Shown one piece after another: positions 12,453 to 22,870 of a DNA stretch of 36,200 nt. The position numbers were made by a program, and so were the translations under genes. Each line of letters starts with the position of its first letter. Positions within the stretch are counted from its first letter, which is position 1. Source of the DNA: Psammoneis japonica (taxonomy: Eukaryota); NCBI GenBank assembly GCA_008632985.1, contig QPGO01000108.1, forward strand, positions 238,476-274,675, in the 5' to 3' direction. The notes beneath the pieces are model-generated. The model had not been told where the DNA came from. It ran no database searches and saw only the letters and a program-made list of their open reading frames with translations.

Positions 12453-12842
12453 GCGATACTCAGGCATACTATGTCGACGCAAAATGGCGTGGGTCGTCTA
12501 GATTTTAATGAGTTTTGATGCAAGAAAGTGGAACTGATCCAAAGATAGATGCATGTAGTTACAATTCTTCCCAGACACAAGTAAGCAGGGCCCCTACCTA
12601 CTTTAGATAGGGAACTATTTATTTATACCATATTGAACAGCAGGTGTCAGGTGTGCGTTGCGTTCTCAATTCTTTGTCCCTAGCTTTGGACTAGCATTGT
12701 TCTGATCCATGAACTGCAGCCTCACACACTACGGTATGAGAACACTCTAAGTCGAGCAGTACTGACTGGTGAGTCAAAGGTCAAAGGTGGAGCTCTTTCC
12801 CGACCCAAGCCGAAACTTCGACAGCAGGAACATGACAGATGA

Positions 12843-13044
12843 TCGTTGGTGAGACGTTAGGGCAGAAGGCAATGAGCCAACTGCCGAGCGTCTGACAGAC
12901 CGGGACCGCTGACGTCAATCTAGAATGTAGTAGAAGTCAGGGATCGCCGGATGGAGGGCCTCGGTTCCTGTCTCATTCCTTCCAGGAAACCGAGGTTGAG
13001 AGGATGATGGCGGCGATGATGCCGCTTGAATCCTTTTTTGCTTT
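12843..13044 (+). repeat. Split direct repeat A1
   Basis: Near-identical to 20881-21082 (offset 8038); all differences are transitions. Confidence 0.95.
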
Positions 13045-13053
13045 GTTTTTCCT

Positions 13054-13137
13054 TTTTCCTTTGGATCGAATCATGTGGCCTCACTTGGCTCTGCCTTTCT
13101 TTTCCTTTGGATCGAACCACATGGCCTCACTTGGCTC
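13054..13137 (+). repeat. Two 38-bp direct copies with 46-bp period in the element 5' region
   Basis: TTTTCCTTTGGATCGAA[TCATG/CCACA]TGGCCTCACTTGGCTC at 13054-13091 and 13100-13137. Confidence 0.9.
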
Positions 13138-13267
13138 AGGCCCGCTGGCCACCTGAATGTCGCCCTCTGGCTCCTCTAATTTTTCAACTTTACAGTTGGA
13201 TTTATTCATTCATTACGCCTGCCACTCGGCCTTTTCCATCACGCCTGCTGCTCGGCTGCATTTGAAC

Positions 13268-13846
13268 TCATTTTCGCCTGCTGCACCGGCATTGCACCCA
13301 TCCCAATCGCCTGCCACTCGGCTTCCCTCTACCTCCCTTCTTCAGCTTCGTCTCGGGCCCCTCTCCGTGTGTGTTCCTTGCTGCAATTGCCACCGCCCTG
13401 AACATTCTGGACAATTCGTCAATCTCGGAGCTTTCCGCTTCACTCTCTCCAACCATGCGCGCCGCAGCGACCACCAGCTGCTCCAATCCAGCAGCGTTCC
13501 CCGTTTCCTCACGAACGGGAGCACTCAGTGCCGGTGTCACAGCAACCAATCGACAGAAACGTTTTTCCGACAGTTTCGATCGCCCTTGGGTGTCTCCAGG
13601 CCTTTCATGGCGCACCCTCAAATAAAATGGGGTTGTCTTCGCCACCGTGCCACTCTGCCCACGGTGGCCACCGCCCATCATTTCCACATGGTCACCCACG
13701 AGCCACTCCCTGGTCACCACCATCTTGCCCATTCCCTGCAGCTGCTTCGTTCCTTCCTCACCAGCTGGAGAGTGAATGCAACAGCTGTTGGTTTTAGTTG
13801 CCACATCAACAACGGAAACTAACGGCCATTTCTTTCGAGTCATCAT
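13268..13846 (-). CDS. Antisense accessory ORF of the retrotransposon with a KOW-like motif
   Basis: WLVGDHVEMMGGGHRGQSGTVAKTTPFYLRVR fits the KOW pattern (GDxVxxxxGxxxGxxGxV), followed by a predicted helical segment. Confidence 0.45.
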   Translation of the reverse strand: MMTRKKWPLVSVVDVATKTNSCCIHSPAGEEGTKQLQGMGKMVVTREWLVGDHVEMMGGGHRGQSGTVAKTTPFYLRVRHERPGDTQGRSKLSEKRFCRLVAVTPALSAPVREETGNAAGLEQLVVAAARMVGESEAESSEIDELSRMFRAVAIAARNTHGEGPETKLKKGGRGKPSGRRLGWVQCRCSRRK

Positions 13847-14206
13847 GCCTCACATCACTTCCAGTGCTGTGCACACACATTTGCCGAATTGACAAATTCA
13901 ATTGACAACCACTTCAACGACACGTCTGCCACGCGTGCATGAACTCCAACCGCCACAATTTCCCTTTCCCATTGTCACAATTGCAACAGACAATGGACGC
14001 ATTGTCGTCTTCCATTGGTCGAGCGCAATTTCCTGAGCCACATCATCATTCCACAATGATGTGGTGCGCCACATGCCCCTCCACGCCAACTTTTCACTGA
14101 GGTGGCACTGGGAGTTTCAACCCTTTCTCTCAGTTGCACCCATTCGAAACACTCACAATTTCGACAACGTCATTTTTGTTCATTCCGTCTCAAGTTCTCC
14201 CCGTCG

Positions 14207-16495
14207 ATGATGCCAGCTTCTCCCAGCACCCTGGGTGACTTCGCCCATCAGATGGCCGGTGTGCCACCGGCTGTTTCCTCCAGCTTCAAGCATGACCCTG
14301 ATAAAATCGCCTGCCTTGCCACCGCCATGTCTCGCACCATCAGCCCCACCATCCGTTCGGCCATGGTCAATGATCCGTGCTCCACCATCCAAACCATCGC
14401 AGTGGTCGACAGTTTTTTACGCGCACTCACGCGCCCAACCCTCACTTCCTCGGATGCTTTCAATGAAGCCATCGCACTGGCGAGCCTTGGGAACACCTTT
14501 GACAGCATCGCCCCTGTCAAGGTTAAGGACATGCTGGATGAGTGTGTTGTCACCCTCGTTCCCAAACACATTGCGGGCTCCCTTGATCTCCCCATCAGTG
14601 ACAAGAACCCGGCGATGTTGGACGCGTCTCAGCCCGACGAGGACGGGAATGAAGTCCCACCTGGCCAAGAGCGCCTGGGGTTTGACGCTGCCTCTGCTGA
14701 CGACATGCCCAAGTTCATTTGCATTCCCCTCGCTTGCCCTTTGGCGCTGGGCGAGCACCTTTGGGTTGATGTCCCCATTGAGGATGACATTCCTGCTTCT
14801 GTCCCCGTTTCGGCTCCCTTTCATTCTTGGCACACTGCTGTCCGTTACCTGATCTTGCACAGTTCAGGTAAATCCCTCCAGGCATGCGATGATCTTTTCA
14901 AAGAGGCTGAGTTCGTCAACATGTTCCAAGACTGCCAGCTTGCCAAAGGTCCCTCTGTCGAGTGCACCGTGCTCACCCCATGCACGGTCCATTTCGACAA
15001 TGTGCGCTCCATCCTCCAGGAGTTGCGCACTGCAGCTGTTTTTCGTCTTGCAGAAGACAAGGACCCTGCATCCATTTTCACCGGAGGGCCACCAGTGGCT
15101 GGCACCCCAGACCTAGAACGCCTCATCCGAGCCACAGTTGAGTCAGTCACTCGCCACAATCTGGACAAACCTCAGAACACCCTTGCCGGTTCGGAACGCG
15201 ACCAACGCAAGGAGACAGATGACGTTATCCTTCGTTGCCGTCTGCTCTTCTTGTCCATTGTTGAGGCAGTGGACAGTGACGGTCACATCACAGACAACCT
15301 TGTCACTGCTCCCCCATTGCGTGAGGAATTTTTGTCTGTCATTCGCACTTCCAAAAGCACTCGTGCTTTGGCACTCGCCATTGAGAACATGATGCAGCAT
15401 GTCAAGGATCGTGCCACCTCAGACTTGCACATCGATGGTTGTGCAGATTTTGACATCAAGCTTTTGGATCTTCCCTTTGTCACGCGTCTGATTTCGCATG
15501 GATGGGCACCAGTCCCTCCCATTGTTGACCCAGACTCCATCAAGGACAAGCTTGGCATCCATCATTTCGCCAAGCCCAACCAATCGTGTGTCAAGTGCCT
15601 TGCGCGAATCGAGAACGGTCGCACTCTCCTTCGTCAAGAGCAGGTCGGTGAGGAGGACACTGAGAAAAACAAGAAAACCACAGACCTGTGCTTCACTGGC
15701 ATGATGGATTCCCATGAAATGGTTGACACTGCAGTGGGCAATCTGTGGATCTTTTTTACCTTTGCATCAGACGCCTTCCTCGTGACCAACCCGAAAAAAT
15801 TGCCGGCGGCATGGCCAGTCATTCAGGCCTTTTTGCGGGTCAAGAACAGCCCAGAAGGACGCGCTTGGGCAACTCGGCACCGGGCAACGCAGCATGTCTT
15901 CATCCATGTGATCCAATCTCTCCAGCACATCTTGTCACCTTTTGTCTCCCTTGGCAACATGCTGGCACATCGTAATGCTCTTGCTTCCGGTGTGCAGATC
16001 AGTCCGAAAGCGATTGCCGATGCCACGGCCCAGGCTGTGTTAGAGGTCACACGCCTCACGAATGTCATTTGGAGTGGAGACTTGGGCGAATGTCGCGACG
16101 AGCCACCCATCATGAGGCTCGTGGGCCCAGCATTGTCGTGGAGTGATGCATCCAATGCGTCCTCCAAAGGTTCCACAAACTCACCCGAAAAACCCAGGAG
16201 TGACAATGCTGCACGGAGGCGAACAAAGCCAAAGGTCTCGTGCGTTTCAACGGCTCTGGGAAACCGCCGATTGCAGATTCAATCATGGCACCTCACCCTG
16301 TCAAGAAAAAACCCGACATGATTTGTGGCAACTTCACTGCTGTTGGCTGCAGCTGCTGGTTTGGCGAACGTTGCAACTTCTCACACCCGACGTCTGTCGA
16401 GAAACTTCCGGGCGAGGCACGCGCAGCCTACAAGAAGTTCGTCGATGATCATGCTGAACTTGCTTGGGCCAACCAGCCTTCTTCTGGTGCGCAGC
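14207..16495 (+). pseudogene. Gag-like ORF1 of the Ngaro element with C-terminal CCCH zinc finger; frameshift near 16240
   Basis: Long ORF 14102-16321 lies upstream of pol. After a frame change it reads ICGNFTAVGCSCWFGERCNFSH (CCCH-like). The end is approximate. Confidence 0.7.
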
Positions 16496-16532
16496 TGTTG
16501 CGCTCTCGCCCAGTTGCGACACAATCTGACAC

Positions 16533-19391
16533 TTGGGCACCTGTTTTCTGTTCAAATTCGCAGATCCAGTCTACATTTGTCCCAACAACCTCGTCCCGCC
16601 GCTTGTTTCCATGCGAGATTATCCCGCCAACCTTTCGGTCACCGACTCCGCTTCAGACACCACCAGCACAACCTTCCCTGGTGACATGGACATCCGAGAG
16701 GTCGATGAAGACTGGGACCTGGATGAATTTGCTCTGACAGTGTCTGCAGTCACCGAAGGATCGCCACAGCCGATTGCAGAAGGGGTCACAGACAAGAAAG
16801 TTTCCAGTCCGTCCGATGTCAGGATTGACAGCACCCCCGCGGGCCGTCACTCTCAAGTTCAAGCGCGCGAGGTCTTTGTCAAGTCCCATCTTCCGTCCAA
16901 AATGCAGTGTCAACTCGACCAACCTTTCGGTGAGCCGTCCCTCAATCACTCGTTTTTTTCCGAAGTGAAACTTCGGCATGTCCTTTTGCCACTCTGTGGG
17001 TCAGGTGTTTTTTTGCGCAAGACTCGAGCGCACCTTGAAGTGGCCTGCAAGCCCGCACGATGGTCACCCAAGCTCATGCGAGACCACCAAGGTGTTGATT
17101 TTTCACGGATCCAAGACCCAATCCCGAAGGGTGTGGAAGTGGACTCCATGATGAAGGACCACAGCCGCATGTTTGCTGCCGCGGCTCTTCATTTCGATTT
17201 GGAAATCCCGGCTCTTATCTCATGCGTTGGCGGGATTCACGTTGGAGCCCATCGTGATGCTGATGCAATTTTGCACACCCTTTGAAATGGTGGAGTAGCC
17301 CACGAGCCAGTCGACGAACTGCAACGGACATGCAAAGTGGGGTGCCCTCGTCTCTGCCAGGCAGAAGCTGCAGAGGAGAACTTTCGTGAGTTCGTCAGGT
17401 GTGGCAACCACTCGTCCGTCAACGAGGTGCCACACAAGACCATGAAGGCTGTTGCGAAAGACATTCGCCGTGGGTGTGCCATCCCCTTTCACCCGGCTCT
17501 GCTTTGGTTCGTTCCGCACCTGCATCGGACGCCCCTTGGCATGGTCGACCTCCTCAAACCACACAAGTCGCCACAGAACATTTTTGACTCGTCCTTCTGT
17601 CCAAAACCTTGGTGCAACGCCATCAACGACTGGACAGACAAAGACAATGAACCGGAGCTCATTTTCGGCGGTTCTAAGATGCGTTTTCTTACATGGCTTT
17701 GGAACCTCCAAATTTCACACCCGACATCAGAAATCCACCCGGGCGATGACGATGTGGCTGGCGCATTTCGGCACTGCAAGTGCAACCCATTTGTTGTTGC
17801 CATGCACAGCTTCCTCATTTTCGGCTGCCTCGTGATGGCCACTGGCCAGACTTTCGGTGATGGACCTGGTCCGGGGAACTGGGAAGTTGTTGCGCGTTGT
17901 TGCCAGCAACATGCACAGTGCCTTTGGCATCGTCCAGACACGCTGGAATGCGCAATGCCGCATCACCCCAAAATCGTTTTCGAGCCGCCACCTCCCGATG
18001 CAGTCTTTGCTCCAGCAAACAAGAACGCGCTCAATCCCGGCGTTCTCCTTGCAGACGGGTCGCGGCGTGCTCCAACCTGCGACCATCATGTCGACGACAA
18101 CATGTGTGCGGACGTAGCCGAGCACATGCCACTCACTGTCTCGTCCAGTGTTTTGGCACTTTACACCGTCCTTGGCTTTCCGTCTGAAAAATGCTCAGAC
18201 TCTTTTTCGTGGGAGAAGTTCAAGAAGCATTTTGCGCATTGCAGAAAAATCATTGGGATTTGGGTTAACACTCGCGCCATGACGATCTCTTTGCCGGACT
18301 ACAAGTGTGAGCAGCTGGTGGCTGTCCTTGCGATTTGGCTTGCCCGCGATTCCTTTGCTCTCATTGAAGCAGCCGAACTCATGGGCTCACTTGTGGATGC
18401 CGCTCTCCTCTGCCGTTGGGGACCCATCACTTTTTTTGCTCTCCAGAACATGGTTCGTACCATCCTGGCCAGGCGATTTCACATGATCAAGGGTTGCCAC
18501 AATCGCACGAGGCAAGTGAAGGAATTCACGGACCAGATGCCACACACTCTTGAGCACAGAGCACTCTCCCTTGTTTCCCAAGATGTGGCCCGTCTGCTGT
18601 GGAGTGACGGAAAACCAGCAAATGTGACCACCCAGCTGCGTCAGGAGCTGTCATGGCTACATGATCATTTGTCTGACCCCACGAACCCGTGGGAGGTGAT
18701 GATTGGCCACCTTGTCCCACGCACACCAACCTTTGTGAGCACTGGAGACGCAAGTTTAGATGCCGGAGGAGCTCTCTCTGACAACCTGTGCCATTGGTTC
18801 GACGTCCTGTGGTCTGACAAGGTCAGGGGTGGCGCACGTTTGCCCAGCAGCCGAGACTACGTCCATGTCAATTGCCTGGAGTGTGTTGTGCAACTGCTGC
18901 AGCACGCCGCAGCTGTCGTCATGCTGGAGGAAGGCCTTTCGGAGGATCTGCTCGCCAAGCTCCCGGACTGCCAATTGCCCCCGCTTCCGATCCTTCTGTC
19001 TAGGACCGACAGCATGAGCTCTTGCAAATGGACAGCCAAAGTGTCTTCTACGTCGTTGCGTGGTCAGAACCTCCTGAAAATCCAAGGATCGTTGCTCTCA
19101 CGGTCTGATCTTGGACATCAGAGCGATTGGCTCCCCGGTCACAAAAACATCAACCCAGATCTCATTTCGTGCCCGGACCTCACCATTCCCCCTGCACTTT
19201 GGCATGCACAGATGTTCCGGAGAATTCCGAAGCTGCGATCCCATCGTTTTTTCCAGCCAAGTCACGAGCTCGTCTCGCCAATCTCGTTGCATCTCTTCAC
19301 AAAACAATGGCTGGCCCCCCCAAGTCTTCCAAGCAACTTGGGACGATTCACAGCCGGCGAATCCATTGCTTCATTTTCAGTTATGATCTGG
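16533..19391 (+). pseudogene. Reverse transcriptase / RNase H (pol) of the Ngaro element; in-frame TGA at 17283-17285
   Basis: RT motifs DDVAGAFRH, GQTFG..GPGNW, HHVDDN, KIIGIWVNT; RNase H motifs TGDASLDAGG, HVNCLE, RTDS, GHKNINPDLIS. ORFs 16533-17285 and 17337-19715 share a frame. The end is inferred. Confidence 0.88.
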
Positions 19392-20462
19392 GTCCATTGG
19401 ACGACTGGCTCCTCGTCAGGGCCTCCCAAGAGCGCAGGAACTGCCAAGTGGCACTCTACGCCACGCACCTCGCCACCGGCAGCACCTTGGTGTGTCGCAC
19501 TGTTCGTGGCAACACGATTGCAAAGCACCCACTGGACGTGGTGTCGTTCATCAAGCGCTTTCCCAGGTGGTCCCCCGGTGACCTGTGCAACAATGATCCA
19601 AGGCACTTCTTGGCTCATGACAAGGAATTTGCCCCGTGTGTCGCTCAAGTGCTTGTGGAATGCCGTCGCTGGGTTGCGAGTCCTTTGCCATCAACATGTG
19701 GTCATTCCTGGCTGACTTGGCCAGCAAACACGACGAAGACTCCATTTGGGCCGTGTGTCGCGACTGGTTCAGCATTGGCTCACACACGGTGGGTTTCGCC
19801 TCTCGGAATGGGCGCAACACAACGATCGCCCAGACCCACGCCACCCGCACATTGCTCCCAACGGAACAGTGTGTGCTTTCACCCTTGAGGGCACCCAGCT
19901 TTTTGACTCCAACTTGCACCCGCTTAGCTTTTCGGAAGCCCTTCGGCACACGGACCCGGATTCATTGCGTCTTGAGCTCACTTTCTCTTGGCAAAAGAAT
20001 GGGTCGCATGGCGAGCGACGCTTGTTCACCTTTGACAGTGCACGCTGCGACATGAGCCCCGTCACCCTGTTTCTTGACATCTTGCGACATTTTGACAGGC
20101 TTTTTGGCATGTCATCCAAGGATGCACTCCTGAGCTTGTGTCGTCGTGAGGATGGCACTGTGCTTTCCGTGACTGCAAGTGACATTTCCCACGTCATGCG
20201 GGCGGTTGCCAGTCGCAAGTTTAACCTGGATCCGCGCAGGAAATCTCATGCAAAGATCCTTTCCAAGTGGTCTTCGCACTCCATCCGTGTGGGTGCTTGC
20301 TGCATTCCATGCGCCATGGGCTTCTCGGAGGACCAAATCCAGTTTCTCCTGCGTTGGCGCTCGCGCGCTTTCGTCGCCTGCTTGTGCAATCTCACCATTC
20401 TGTCCAACAAGCAGAACCAGGTGATGGCAGACCTTCTTGGCATTGTGCCAAACACACTTTAA
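19330..20462 (+). pseudogene. Tyrosine recombinase of the Ngaro element (frameshifted; catalytic Tyr position reads Cys)
   Basis: GFRLSEW (R), WQKNG (K), SHSIRVGA (HxxR), LRWRSRAFVAC (RW..S....Y position). The N-terminal part lies in frames 19127-19888 and 19636-20055. Confidence 0.88.
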
Positions 20463-20684
20463 TCTTCAACCCTTTGCTTCCAATCTTTCTTTTCTACTTC
20501 GTGCATCCACTGCATCCATTCCAATGACAGCACAAACGGTTTTTGGTGCCACAAAATTTCGCCAATTTGCACCTTTTTCCCTTTTTCTTTTCTTTTTCTT
20601 TTTTTCCAGACGCCCACTCCCACTCCAAGATGGCACTCTCCTTTGCATTTCCCTTTGTCACATGCAACTGTGAGTGTTCGACCT

Positions 20685-20880
20685 GGGCAGGATTGTGCAC
20701 CTCAACTCGAGCGAATCCGCAACCCGGATTTCAAACTCTAGAGTGCACGTTTCCGCCACACGCTGCAGCTCACAACTGTCCCCCACTGGTTTGACCACGC
20801 GAGCGGCAACCAGTCACACATCTGTCTTGGACGGAGAGTTTGCTGGCGTCCAAGGTGGGACCAGGGAATCTGCTGGATTC
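20685..20880 (+). repeat. Split direct repeat B1
   Basis: 20685-20791 matches 21102-21208; 20791-20880 matches 22545-22634. Confidence 0.93.
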
Positions 20881-21082
20881 TCGTTGGTGAGACGCCAGGG
20901 CAGAAGGCAATGAGCCAACTGCCGAGCGTCTGACAGACCGGGGCCGCTGACGTCAATCTAGAATGCAGCAGAAGTCAGGGATCGCCGGATGGAGGGCCTC
21001 GGTTCCTGTCTCATTCCTTCCAGGAAACCGAGGTTGAGAGGATGATGGCAGCGATGACACCGCTTGAACCCTTTTTTGCTTT
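20881..21082 (+). repeat. Split direct repeat A2
   Basis: Copy of 12843-13044, directly abutting B1. Confidence 0.95.
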
Positions 21083-21101
21083 TCCCACCCACCCAATTCC
21101 C

Positions 21102-21211
21102 GGGCAGGATTGTGCACCTCCACTCGAGCGAATCCGCAACCCGGATTTCAAACTCTAGAATGCACGTTTCCGCCACACGCTGCAGTTTGCAACTGTCCCC
21201 TGCTAGTTCAA
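21102..21211 (+). repeat. Split direct repeat B2, 5' part
   Basis: Matches B1 at offset 417 up to the TCAA target-site copy. Confidence 0.92.
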
Positions 21212-22544
21212 GTGGGCGCACCACAGTTCTCGGCCCGTTCATTTTCTACGTGGCCTGGCACAACCCAAATCTGTGTAGATTCAGTGCATTTTGCCCTGCA
21301 GAACAGTTTTTGGGAGTGTTTTCTGGCTCGCGACGCAAAATGACATGCAAAACAACACGGACAATGGCGTTTCGCCGATTTCAAAAATGCGGTTGTTTCT
21401 GAGGTACTTTGTAGTGTACTCTCAATGGAATGTCTTACGTCACAGCATGAGGCATGTGACAAGCTCGAGAGTGCACAGGTTCATGTGGGTGGCTGATGGT
21501 GAAAATTCTCACTGAAGGTTCGCGTTGACAGCGTCGCTTCTGTTGCATCACGACCGACCTCATGCAGCACCATTCGTGCTGTGTGTTTCGTTGAGGCTTT
21601 ATACATTAACACCCGTTTGACTTACATGTGTTGTCTCTTTCTACATTGTTCTTTTGTTCTGCAGGGTCTCAGTCGTCGCAAGGTGTCCCAGAAACACTTT
21701 TCCTCGTCAAGAATGTCAATTCTGCAATGCGATGGCCGTGGCAATTCCAAAACGAGGCAAAGTCACAGACACAGCATCAGGCTGACTTCATAATGAACAC
21801 GGTGATTTGGGGCTATGGTGTCAAAAGCTGGACAAGCTCTCAAGAGCTCAGATCCGTCACAGTGCATTTTTGACAATGGTTCTCCCCGCCTCCACTTGGT
21901 GATGCGGAGTTTGATTCGGCAGACCAGTGCATCATGGCTGTTCTGAAGGTTTAGATTGCTTCTTTTGGCTGCAAGGTAGTTTGTGAGCTAGAAATGTGTG
22001 GCTTGCTTGCCCAATTTGTCAGCCAATGCAACAAACTTAGAGGGTGACAGCCGGGGCAGATGATCATTTTGTCAAGTCTAAAAAGCAGCTAAAGATTGTA
22101 TGCCAACAAGAAGAACTAGCTTTAAAATTTATCATGGGGGTGTGGACTTTATTTTGTTGGGGTATCACGTCTCCATTGTTGTTCTAGAGTGAACATTAAC
22201 TGGTGTTGTTACCGCCAACGTGCGAGTTCGCCTTGACAATCGGTTGCACTGTATTCTGAGATTTTGGAATAAAAAACAACTTTTGTTTACATTGCTCTAT
22301 TATAAGAGAAAGCTTATTAGCTTCCCCTGGCCCTTTTGGAGCAATCGGGTAAGTGAAAGAGGAGCTGCAGAAAGATGCGGACGACGCCATTTTGATGCGT
22401 TGTCGTCAGGTGGTGTCGTCGTGAGGTCGCGTGATGGAGTGCCATGCTTTCTGTTTTGTACTGCGTCTGTGTAGGAATGTACGTGATTGGCTCTCTGGTA
22501 GTTTCTACGTAAAAAGTGTACCAGGCGATCTCTGGACCGCCCTC
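21212..22544. mobile_element. Nested non-autonomous DNA transposon with TTAA target-site duplication (Kolobok- or piggyBac-like)
   Basis: Interrupts B2. Flanked by TCAA (21208-21211) and TTAA (22545-22548). Imperfect TIRs: GTGGGCGCACCACAGTTC..TTTTCTACGTGG versus reverse complement GAGGGCGGTCCAGAGATC..TTTTTACGTAG. Confidence 0.78.
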
Positions 22545-22634
22545 TTAACTACGCGAGCGGTAACTAGTCGCACATCTATCTTGGACGGAGAGTTTGCTGG
22601 CGTCCGAGGCGGGACCAGGGAATCCGCTGGATTC
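22545..22634 (+). repeat. Split direct repeat B2, 3' part (element right end)
   Basis: Matches 20791-20880 (offset 1754) with 9 transitions; similarity stops exactly at the B|A junction. Confidence 0.93.
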
Positions 22635-22870
22635 CAGACCGTGCGGCAGAGCGGTTCGATCGCTCGCCCAGAACAATTTTGCTGGCGCTGAACTTGTTGG
22701 ATGCGAGGACGATGACGCTGCTGTCGTTTCCTGATGAATGAATCATCGAACAAATGAAAAGCACCCATTAGACTATTATTCCACAATTTTGGAGTCACTG
22801 CTGCTGAACGAAGAAAGAGTTGCGTTGATCTTATGTTTTGAACAGCTTCTGCGATAACCACTTGCAGCAC

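Larger units (their letters stand above)
12843..22634 (+). mobile_element. Full-length Ngaro-type (DIRS order) tyrosine-recombinase retrotransposon, decayed, with nested insertion
   Basis: Split direct repeats in order A1-ORFs-B1-A2-B2. The element termini (TCGTTGG... and ...GGATTC) reproduce the internal B1|A2 junction at 20880|20881. Carries gag, RT/RNase H and YR ORFs; no TSD. Confidence 0.92.

Noticed and set aside
12832..12842. Short ORF (MTDDRPCGRAVRS...) recreated by joining the empty-site flanks 12842|22635
   Set aside because: Only ~36 codons with no motif; it cannot be supported as a disrupted gene.
14102..20462. Alternative genetic code or Tyr avoidance as the cause of Tyr-poor proteins
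   Set aside because: Neighbouring host genes use Tyr and TAA/TAG normally, and non-coding repeats show the same TA loss.
20685..21208. CRISPR array or classical LTRs
   Set aside because: Only two copies of each long repeat, in split order; no TG..CA ends, PBS or TSD; eukaryotic context.
13026..21402. Dozens of overlapping ORFs in all six frames as real genes
   Set aside because: Loss of TpA removes TAA and TAG stops on both strands, inflating spurious ORFs. The same applies at 10.2-11.5 kb and 28-29.3 kb.
12843..22634. Circular permutation or misassembly (22545-22634 looked like the displaced 5' end of repeat A)
   Set aside because: More simply explained as repeat B2 interrupted by a nested TTAA transposon, which restores the canonical A1-B1-A2-B2 layout.
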